IMG/VR virus record: IMGVR_UViG_3300023116_006877
DNA: 20,000 nt
Origin: an uncultured virus (IMG/VR IMGVR_UViG_3300023116_006877)
Taxonomy: Duplodnaviria > Heunggongvirae > Uroviricota > Caudoviricetes
Strand: one strand, 5' to 3'
The notes under the pieces were generated by a model. It ran no database searches, was not told the origin of the DNA, and saw only the letters and a list, made by a program, of their open reading frames with translations. Numbering within the stretch: position 1 is the stretch's first letter; each line of letters starts with the position of its first letter. Of the stretch, positions 8,671-15,021 are shown piece after piece. The translations under genes were made by a program, and so were the position numbers.

Positions 8671-8824
8671 CTTTGTGCCTACAGTGTTTACAGCATTCGA
8701 TAGTGACCGGTTTCATATCTCCGTCGTGTAAGTCTTGCATACAAGATCCTCCACAATGACAGTCATGTCCGCAATTTTGACAAGTCAATATCCATTCTTT
8801 TTTTAACAATAAAATATCACTCAT
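8660..8824 (-). CDS. 54-aa Cys/His-rich metal-binding (metallothionein-like) protein (not in ORF track)
   Basis: Manual translation MSDILLLKKEWILTCQNCGHDCHCGGSCMQDLHDGDMKPVTIECCKHCRHKDEN: 8 Cys, 5 His. The ATG overlaps the upstream stop (TAATG). Confidence 0.7.
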   Translation of the reverse strand: MSDILLLKKEWILTCQNCGHDCHCGGSCMQDLHDGDMKPVTIECCKHCRHKDEN

Positions 8825-9078
8825 TATCTTCTCACCACTCCTGGTCCTCCAAACAAGGATGTACCGGTCATGTCCAGTGCATTATCTTTGGGAGTTTGTT
8901 TCTTGATTTTTGGAAGGTTAGGTGCCTTGGTTCCCGAAACTCCCGGTGTTCCTGTGTATGATTTTTTAAATCTATCGGGTCCGATCGCTATATGTGGAGA
9001 TACAACAGAAGCAATATTACCAGATGATGTTGCACCTGCTGTCGCTGTTTCTTTTATTAAAACTTCTTTGATTCTCAT
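8824..9078 (-). CDS. Hypothetical protein with MRIKEVLIKE leader followed by ETATAGATSSGNIA
   Basis: 84-aa ORF with a late box 9 nt upstream. Confidence 0.75.
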   Translation of the reverse strand: MRIKEVLIKETATAGATSSGNIASVVSPHIAIGPDRFKKSYTGTPGVSGTKAPNLPKIKKQTPKDNALDMTGTSLFGGPGVVRR

Positions 9079-9087
9079 GATTAGTAG

Positions 9088-9094
9088 TATTTAT
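9088..9094 (-). promoter_or_regulatory. Late promoter box ATAAATA
   Basis: 9 nt upstream of the ATG at 9078. Confidence 0.6.
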
Positions 9095-9742
9095 TTAGAT
9101 ATCGAATAAGTTTTTGTAACCTTCATACACTTTTTGTATGAATGCGGGCCTTCTAATCCAGAATTTTCGAGGATATTTCATATTTTTAGGTATCAACATT
9201 CCATATTTTTTATATAATTTGACAGAATAATAGCCGCTACCTCCAAATTTAAGATGTCTTATTTCTTTAACTTCTTCACCCTTATGCAATCCTTCTATAC
9301 GATGAAACGACACGTATTCAATCAAATTAAACAGTCCGTTTTTGTCATCGGAATTATTATGACCTCTTAATTTAACTCTCATATTTTCAAATCTTTCATG
9401 AATGGAATCTCCTTTATTGGCAAACCAATGGAATTGATAGAGGTTATCCATTTGGGGTTCAGGAAAAAAATGTATATCTTCCAACCAGATATTGGTATCT
9501 TTGGTCATGAATCCGTTGGTCCAGTTGTTGTCATGATTTAAAATTTTTAATTTTATTTCCGTTTCTTGGAGATCTTTGGGTACTTCAACGATGTACGAAA
9601 GTATTTTTGGTTTTTTTGGATCATCAAATTTATGTTCAGACACATGAAATTCATCTATCATAGAGTCTCTGAAGTATACTCTAACTCTGGGTTCGTACCT
9701 GTAAATTTGTGCTCTGAATGATAAAATTAAAACGTACTTCAT
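9095..9742 (-). CDS. Hypothetical protein (probable distant paralogue of 13266-13736)
   Basis: 215-aa ORF with ATGA overlap to the upstream gene. Shares KD-x3-[LI]E-[DN] and FGxxG motifs with 13266-13736. Confidence 0.7.
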   Translation of the reverse strand: MKYVLILSFRAQIYRYEPRVRVYFRDSMIDEFHVSEHKFDDPKKPKILSYIVEVPKDLQETEIKLKILNHDNNWTNGFMTKDTNIWLEDIHFFPEPQMDNLYQFHWFANKGDSIHERFENMRVKLRGHNNSDDKNGLFNLIEYVSFHRIEGLHKGEEVKEIRHLKFGGSGYYSVKLYKKYGMLIPKNMKYPRKFWIRRPAFIQKVYEGYKNLFDI

Positions 9743-10122
9743 GGTGCTTGTCGAGTTAAAAATTTTGATTTGGTTTTTTTTGGAGCAAAATATTTTTTTA
9801 CAGTTAAATCAACGATTTTTGTATCAAATTTTTTGCAACTGAAAACGTCGAAATAAGCAGTTTTGCTTTTGCTCATAAAATGTGCCGCTAGATTTGAGGT
9901 GTGTATCAACTGCAACATACTATAACCCTCATTCTTATGGCCTGGTAAAAGATATTCTATAGTGGGTTTACCATGAGCTTTCATTTTTATTTTTTTAATT
10001 AATTCTTTTACAAAAATTGAAATTTGTTTTTTATCTGATATGTTGTCATTACAACCTGAACAATCGACCATGTAGTGATAACCCCAAGATTGTTTGTTTT
10101 TAGTTGTGATCTGCTTAACCAT
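9739..10122 (-). CDS. speD: Pyruvoyl-dependent S-adenosylmethionine decarboxylase-like (SpeD family) proenzyme
   Basis: WGYHYMVDCSGC, GYSMLQLIHTSNLAAHF (self-cleavage region) and YFDVFSCKKFD with the conserved Cys. 127 aa. Confidence 0.8.
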   Translation of the reverse strand: MVKQITTKNKQSWGYHYMVDCSGCNDNISDKKQISIFVKELIKKIKMKAHGKPTIEYLLPGHKNEGYSMLQLIHTSNLAAHFMSKSKTAYFDVFSCKKFDTKIVDLTVKKYFAPKKTKSKFLTRQAP

Positions 10123-10127
10123 ACAGA

Positions 10128-10134
10128 TACTTAT
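10128..10134 (-). promoter_or_regulatory. Variant late promoter box ATAAGTA
   Basis: 5 nt upstream of the speD-like ATG, one mismatch to the other boxes. Confidence 0.45.
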
Positions 10135-10667
10135 TATTTCTTTTTACGACCTGACTTCATGTTGGCACACCAGTGATACATCTTACCCTTTTCACCGCCG
10201 TACTTCTTGGCTTTGCTTCTCAAACTACTCACACTACCTTTACAACTGGCACCTGCTTTTTTAACTCTACCCGGTCTGCTCTTGCCTTTAATTTTTTTAT
10301 CTGCAAAATTTTCAGAAAACTCTTGCCATTCCATGTGCAACTTCTTGACATTTTTATATTCGTCCCCGGGTTTGACATCCTTAGTGGTATTTTGTTTTGT
10401 AATTATGCCCACACCTGCGGCATCTTCGTTCTTCTTACTCTTGTTGTAACTAGCCCAAGCGACTGCGTATGGATTGTCCACTTTGCCCTTGAGTGCTTTG
10501 ACCTGCTTCTCTCTGCCCGGAGGTGCTTCCTCATTGGCTTTGTTGTTGCCTTTGTTTTTAAAATCAAATCTGTTATTGGGACCGATGCCGGGTTTATGTA
10601 TCAGTCCTAATGGTTTGATACTTTGGGGCATGATTATCCAATCTTTAAAAAGTTCTTTTATTTTCAT
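10134..10667 (-). CDS. 177-aa basic modular protein (start revised to MKIKELF)
   Basis: ATGA overlap with the upstream stop at 10664-10667. Modules each begin after a Glu (EEAPPGREK, EDAAGVG, ENFADK), and the last has two Cys. Confidence 0.75.
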   Translation of the reverse strand: MKIKELFKDWIIMPQSIKPLGLIHKPGIGPNNRFDFKNKGNNKANEEAPPGREKQVKALKGKVDNPYAVAWASYNKSKKNEDAAGVGIITKQNTTKDVKPGDEYKNVKKLHMEWQEFSENFADKKIKGKSRPGRVKKAGASCKGSVSSLRSKAKKYGGEKGKMYHWCANMKSGRKKK

Positions 10668-10894
10668 TTTTTTCTTCCGGCACAATGAGCTTTTTGTGAA
10701 AAGCCCTTTGGATTGTTGCAATTGATTGATTTTTTATATTTGTCAGACCATGCTTCTTTTACCCTGAAAGGATATGCCATCATGGAATGATAACCCATCC
10801 TTGGTTTTCCTGTTGCACGTTTTTCGATTTTCTTTAACTGTTTCTCAACATCTGGGTGTACATAATTCGTGGCTAGTATCTCGTGTATTCTCAT
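10664..10894 (-). CDS. 76-aa basic protein with MRIHEI leader and EAWSDKYKKSINC...HCAGRKK module
   Basis: Late box 8 nt upstream, basic two-Cys C-terminal module. Confidence 0.75.
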   Translation of the reverse strand: MRIHEILATNYVHPDVEKQLKKIEKRATGKPRMGYHSMMAYPFRVKEAWSDKYKKSINCNNPKGFSQKAHCAGRKK

Positions 10895-10902
10895 ATTAGC
10901 AG

Positions 10903-10909
10903 TATTTAT
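10903..10909 (-). promoter_or_regulatory. Late promoter box ATAAATA
   Basis: 8 nt upstream of the ATG at 10894, intergenic. Confidence 0.65.
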
Positions 10910-10913
10910 TGAA

Positions 10914-11351
10914 TTATTTTAGTGTGCTTCTAAGCATCCACTGATGTTTATTGTGTGCGTCTATTCTTTCACCGATAAAATCTGCAAACCCATAAAGTTT
11001 TAAATCTTCCAACATATCGAATAAAAGAGTGAGATTAGAAATAACTTTTTGATTGTCTTGCATCAATTCTGAATACATTTCTTCTGCAGACGGTATCTGT
11101 CCTTTTTGTTCTATGTTTGAAAGATTCATGAATCGATTGAATATTCCAGGAGCATACGTATCAAGTGTTCTTATTTCTTCTGCGAATTTGTCTAATGCTC
11201 CATACACTTCTTCATAAATTTTACCAAGTAATTCGTGGTCTTGTGAAAAATGTCTACCTTCCACATTCCAATGGAAATAATGTGCTTTTAGATAGAATAG
11301 GAAACTATCCGCAAATGCCTGTTTGGCTTTTAATCTAATTTCTGAATTCAT
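10914..11351 (-). CDS. dps: Dps / ferritin-like DNA protection protein (145 aa, start revised to MNSEIR)
   Basis: LKAHYFHWNVEG, H..L..IYE, LDKFAEEIRTL and HNKHQWML Dps signatures. ATAAATA lies 8 nt upstream of the ATG at 11351. Confidence 0.92.
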   Translation of the reverse strand: MNSEIRLKAKQAFADSFLFYLKAHYFHWNVEGRHFSQDHELLGKIYEEVYGALDKFAEEIRTLDTYAPGIFNRFMNLSNIEQKGQIPSAEEMYSELMQDNQKVISNLTLLFDMLEDLKLYGFADFIGERIDAHNKHQWMLRSTLK

Positions 11352-11358
11352 TGTAGAA

Positions 11359-11565
11359 CTATTTATTTTTTGGCATTGGGTTTTCACCCGTTAATCTTGG
11401 TTGTGCAAACCATAATTTAAACCATTCCGGAGTACCGGGTTTTATATTGTGTTTTCTTTGGTATTGTGCTTTGGCCGTTCCCACGTATGATAGATTTTCA
11501 CCCATTGAATTATCATTAGACGAATTATCAATTCCTGCTAATTTTTTTAGTTCGTCTATATTCAT
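11359..11565 (-). CDS. Hypothetical protein (MNIDELKKLAGI...IKPGTPEWFKLWF)
   Basis: 68-aa ORF in the gene run. KLAGI motif shared with 5814-6842. Confidence 0.75.
   Translation of the reverse strand: MNIDELKKLAGIDNSSNDNSMGENLSYVGTAKAQYQRKHNIKPGTPEWFKLWFAQPRLTGENPMPKNK
11360..11366 (-). promoter_or_regulatory. Late promoter box ATAAATA for dps
   Basis: Embedded in the last codons of the upstream gene, 8 nt before the ATG at 11351. Confidence 0.55.
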
Positions 11566-11570
11566 GAGTA

Positions 11571-11759
11571 TTAGATGGTCCAGTCTTTTAATTGTTGCTT
11601 GGTTGGATTGTGTGCTTTGACTTTTTCTACTTTACCGCCTTTTTCTAAAAATTTTTTCATTAACTCGTCCAACTCTCTTTGTTTTTCTTGTGGTGTTTTT
11701 TCTGTGTAATCGGCAGAATAATTCCTATTGATTCCTTGATGCTTCATTTTCTTCTCCAT
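11571..11759 (-). CDS. Small protein with SutA-like RNA-polymerase-binding motif
   Basis: ELDELMKKFLEKGGKVEKV resembles the LxxxMxxFLxxGGKV core of Pseudomonas SutA as recalled. Confidence 0.55.
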   Translation of the reverse strand: MEKKMKHQGINRNYSADYTEKTPQEKQRELDELMKKFLEKGGKVEKVKAHNPTKQQLKDWTI

Positions 11760-12918
11760 ATCTGTTGAGTTCTTGTTGTACTTTAATTATGCTGTCTCTG
11801 TTTGCTTGATACAATATTCCAAAGCCGCCTTTTGCTTTCCATCTTTCGATATTGACTGGTCTGTCGTCGATCAGTATATTTGGCGTGCCATCTTTTTGTT
11901 TTGCCCATTTTTCTTTTCTTCCGGACACAATCACTTCTTCAGGCTTTTCTATGTTTTTACTAATCCAAATTTTTTTCTGAGTAGCCGAGTTTTCATGATC
12001 ACCTATCAATGGTGATGTGAGTATGGAAAATTTTCCATCTGTAGCACTTTTAATCAGTTGAATTAACGAGTCGGCAGTTGGAAATTTTGGTAGTGTAGCA
12101 AAAAAATCCGATCCGGTAATTTTATCGATCACTTCTTGTTTTAACTCTCCACCAGACAGTTTGCTCGTGAGCTCTTTCCAGTGATTTACTCCAAACATTT
12201 TTTCAACTCCACCGAAGAAGTCTGCGATCACACCGTCCATATCCAGATATATTATTGGTTTTGATTTTGGCATATCGTCTTCATTATACAACTTTTCGTT
12301 GTTTATTGCAACCGTCTTTCCAACCTTGCTTTGAACTTTGGTAAAAAGTTTTCTAATAGTGTTATTGTCATTGTCCATTGCAACTTTTATAAAGTTTTCA
12401 AAATCGTTATTGGCCGCATATTCACGAGCCTGTGATGCACTAAATCCAGTAACTCCTTCAGCATCGGGATCTCTTTCTCCTGAGCTCACAGCATCAACGT
12501 AATCAAAATCAAAAACAAGATTGCCTGCTTTATCGTTTTTCTTATTATATTGGTTAAGGAAGTTTTTGAAATAATCTACTCTATCGGAACCCGCTACTAT
12601 GACAACTCTAGTACGACCTTCGTTCATTAACTTTTGTAATGCTTGGACAATGGTTTTAACATCATTGAATCCTATTTCTATGTCATCAAATCGTCCTGTG
12701 CTTTTCATGTAAGCAACTTTTTCTTGATGTGAAAGAGGATTTTTTTTATCTACTGAATGTGTTACGAAAAGATATGGTTTTGCATCCATTTTCTGTGCAA
12801 CAGATCTAACCTTTTGTATTAATTTTTCGTGACCTTTTGTGGGAGGATTGAATCGACCAAATGCAAATACGGCACTTGATTGATCGTCTTCCTTAAGAAA
12901 TATTTCCTTGAGTAGCAT
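11725..12918 (-). CDS. Fusion: cytidyltransferase-like nucleotidyltransferase (N-term) plus HAD 5'(3')-nucleotidase (C-term)
   Basis: FAFGRFNPPTKGH and VAGSDR in the N-terminal half. YLDMDGVIADF, ILTSP, K..W and ILIDD (HAD motifs) in the C-terminal half. Confidence 0.85.
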   Translation of the reverse strand: MLLKEIFLKEDDQSSAVFAFGRFNPPTKGHEKLIQKVRSVAQKMDAKPYLFVTHSVDKKNPLSHQEKVAYMKSTGRFDDIEIGFNDVKTIVQALQKLMNEGRTRVVIVAGSDRVDYFKNFLNQYNKKNDKAGNLVFDFDYVDAVSSGERDPDAEGVTGFSASQAREYAANNDFENFIKVAMDNDNNTIRKLFTKVQSKVGKTVAINNEKLYNEDDMPKSKPIIYLDMDGVIADFFGGVEKMFGVNHWKELTSKLSGGELKQEVIDKITGSDFFATLPKFPTADSLIQLIKSATDGKFSILTSPLIGDHENSATQKKIWISKNIEKPEEVIVSGRKEKWAKQKDGTPNILIDDRPVNIERWKAKGGFGILYQANRDSIIKVQQELNRYGEENEASRNQ

Positions 12919-13252
12919 CGTATTCGCCTTGTTTAATATTTTCTAATTCTCTATCTGCTATGATTTCTGCAATACGACTTCTGACTTCTTTGGGGAAAAG
13001 ATCTTTTACATCCTCGTCGGGGTTACCGTATTCTTTTACATATTCTTTGGCCGCATCATTGATCAAATACATCCATAATGTTTTGGCTTTTTCATGGTCA
13101 TATATGTTTTTTGAGATCTTCTTTTTTAGGTTGTGTATGATAGGCATGAATCTTCTACGATAAAGATCCTCATTATTCATTATGAATAATTCTAATTCTC
13201 GAACTGCATTTGAGTCTATATGCTCTTCTTTTATGAACTGGTTTGCTCGCAT
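12893..13252 (-). CDS. Hypothetical protein with MRANQFIKEE leader
   Basis: 119-aa ORF with a late box 5 nt upstream. Confidence 0.75.
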   Translation of the reverse strand: MRANQFIKEEHIDSNAVRELELFIMNNEDLYRRRFMPIIHNLKKKISKNIYDHEKAKTLWMYLINDAAKEYVKEYGNPDEDVKDLFPKEVRSRIAEIIADRELENIKQGEYDATQGNIS

Positions 13253-13257
13253 ACCTG

Positions 13258-13264
13258 TATTTAT
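13258..13264 (-). promoter_or_regulatory. Late promoter box ATAAATA
   Basis: 5 nt upstream of the ATG at 13252, intergenic. Confidence 0.65.
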
Positions 13265-13265
13265 G

Positions 13266-13736
13266 CTAATACAAGTTCTCTAACAGCCATAGGTAGAAGG
13301 GTGAAGTTAATTTTATTTTCCAGGTGCCGTTCCAACCAAACGATGTTATATTTCGCAACGGAGACTGTGGTGTATTCCCCTCTTCTTTCTGTTGATTATA
13401 CCATATTTCTGGATACTCCGGATAAAAATCTATCTCATATATAAGGTTTCCTAAGTCAACATTATCAATGTTCAGATTCTCAATTGAAAGCAATTGATCT
13501 TTGACTATCTGATTGTTCTCTATCTTTACCTGTTTGTCAGTTTTACCTGATCTGATCATTTCAAAAACATACTCGTTTTCGTCTTCAAAATCAACATCAA
13601 ACTCTGCAACAGTTTTTTCTTTAATTTCTTGAGGTCCCCAAACTGTTTTACCATTGATACGAAATTCTGCTGACGGTGGTTGATCCCAATATTCTGAATT
13701 TAAAGTGACTAAAAATTTTATATTATCTTTGCTCAT
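13266..13736 (-). CDS. Hypothetical beta-rich protein
   Basis: 156-aa ORF overlapping the upstream gene end. Confidence 0.75.
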   Translation of the reverse strand: MSKDNIKFLVTLNSEYWDQPPSAEFRINGKTVWGPQEIKEKTVAEFDVDFEDENEYVFEMIRSGKTDKQVKIENNQIVKDQLLSIENLNIDNVDLGNLIYEIDFYPEYPEIWYNQQKEEGNTPQSPLRNITSFGWNGTWKIKLTSPFYLWLLENLY

Positions 13737-13917
13737 TGTATGAAAACTCCAATCCTGCTGTTCTTCCTACGTATGGTTTATTTAAGTCCGTTCTAGAAAG
13801 TTCTATTGTTATCTGAGTACCTTGTAAAACGACTTTCATGTATTTGTCCGACTTGGACAAAACCTCTGCTGGTTTGCTTTTGTCGTTGTTCAAACAAAGT
13901 ATTTCAACTGTGTCCAT
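13723..13917 (-). CDS. Hypothetical protein (64 aa)
   Basis: TAATG coupling with the upstream small ORF. Confidence 0.7.
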   Translation of the reverse strand: MDTVEILCLNNDKSKPAEVLSKSDKYMKVVLQGTQITIELSRTDLNKPYVGRTAGLEFSYNEQR

Positions 13918-14090
13918 TAACTGATTAATTTAATTAAATATCCACCCAGTAAAAACGCAAAAATATATTTTGAAAAAAGGGTAAATGTTTTGTTTATGTT
14001 ATAACCGTTTTCTTTTAAACATTGCACGTGAGCATCCATTGATTCTGGGGTTACACGCACATACTCGTATTCTAAATTATTATCATTCAT
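13917..14090 (-). CDS. 57-aa protein with C-terminal TM anchor (MNDNNLEYEY...YIFAFLLGGYLIKLIS; not in ORF track)
   Basis: Manual translation. Directly downstream of a sigma70 promoter, and its stop overlaps the next ATG. Confidence 0.65.
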   Translation of the reverse strand: MNDNNLEYEYVRVTPESMDAHVQCLKENGYNINKTFTLFSKYIFAFLLGGYLIKLIS

Positions 14091-14096
14091 ACTTAC

Positions 14097-14124
14097 AGTA
14101 TATAAGATATTAATGTTTTGTCAA
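14097..14124 (-). promoter_or_regulatory. Sigma70-type promoter TTGACA-16-TATACT
   Basis: -35 at 14124-14119, -10 at 14102-14097, ATG 6 nt downstream. Confidence 0.7.
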
Positions 14125-14131
14125 CCGTGGC

Positions 14132-14707
14132 TTAATTGTTATATAATATTTTGGTAATATCACCGGCTGTCACGTCATATACTCTGGCTCTTATCCAGAC
14201 AAAATTGCCTGTAAATGTATTTGCCACTGTTGCTGTACTTTGGTCTGCCGTGAATGCTGTAGAGTCAATATTGAACCAATCATTTTCGGTTGGTGTTGTG
14301 GCTAGAGAACCCTGCATGATAATTTTTCCATACAAGGATGTATGTACGTGATATGTTGCTGTGTGTACACCATCGGATTTTGAATAGTAACCATCACCTT
14401 TGTATTTGTCTGTGACAAATCCTGTGTATGTTATCACGGTATCTGTTGAACCATCTGATAGTTCATCAACAACTGTTTCTTCAACTGTGATATAAGTTCC
14501 ATCTGAATTGACACTAGCAACTGTGAAGTTACCATTGTTGTTGCTTGTTCCTGAAATTGTGATTAAATCTCTCACAGATAAAGTTGATAAGTTTGTTGTT
14601 GCGGCACTTATTCTTTTGTCTGCGGCCGTGAATCTACAACCTTCGGTAACAGTGATCGCCGATACAAAAGTTTTTTGTGGTGATATAGTTGTACTTGTAT
14701 GTGCCAT
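14132..14707 (-). CDS. Thr/Ser-rich beta-strand protein, probable virion structural component
   Basis: 191 aa with high Thr/Ser/Val content, late box 6 nt upstream. Confidence 0.6.
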   Translation of the reverse strand: MAHTSTTISPQKTFVSAITVTEGCRFTAADKRISAATTNLSTLSVRDLITISGTSNNNGNFTVASVNSDGTYITVEETVVDELSDGSTDTVITYTGFVTDKYKGDGYYSKSDGVHTATYHVHTSLYGKIIMQGSLATTPTENDWFNIDSTAFTADQSTATVANTFTGNFVWIRARVYDVTAGDITKILYNN

Positions 14708-14712
14708 TACGA

Positions 14713-15021
14713 TTATTTATCGAGATCTTTTCTTTTGAATCTTGGTGTCTTGGGAACAAGACCATACACCGCGGCCAGTTCTTCTGGATCCATACCGTCT
14801 ACTTTTGTAATATTTTTATAATAAATTTTTCTGTAAGGAACTTCTGCTTCAATCTCAAACTCCTCGTCTGCGATACAATAATCTTTTTTTAGTTCTTTTA
14901 TTCTTAAAGTTTTATTTAAAACAATCGGAGAAGCAAATTGCATCTTAGATATAGGAGCATCGATCATTGTTCCTTCTTTAAATATTTTACGATCAATTAG
15001 TTTTTGTATTATTTCTGTCAT
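14713..15021 (-). CDS. Hypothetical protein (102 aa, start revised to MTEIIQ)
   Basis: ATG at 15021 overlaps the end of the upstream gene. Confidence 0.7.
   Translation of the reverse strand: MTEIIQKLIDRKIFKEGTMIDAPISKMQFASPIVLNKTLRIKELKKDYCIADEEFEIEAEVPYRKIYYKNITKVDGMDPEELAAVYGLVPKTPRFKRKDLDK
14714..14720 (-). promoter_or_regulatory. Late promoter box ATAAATA
   Basis: Overlaps the end of the upstream gene, 6 nt before the ATG at 14707. Confidence 0.6.

Noticed and set aside
13249..13266. Second AUG-sequestering hairpin (gcata...tatgc)
   Set aside because: Only a 5-bp stem, too weak to support.
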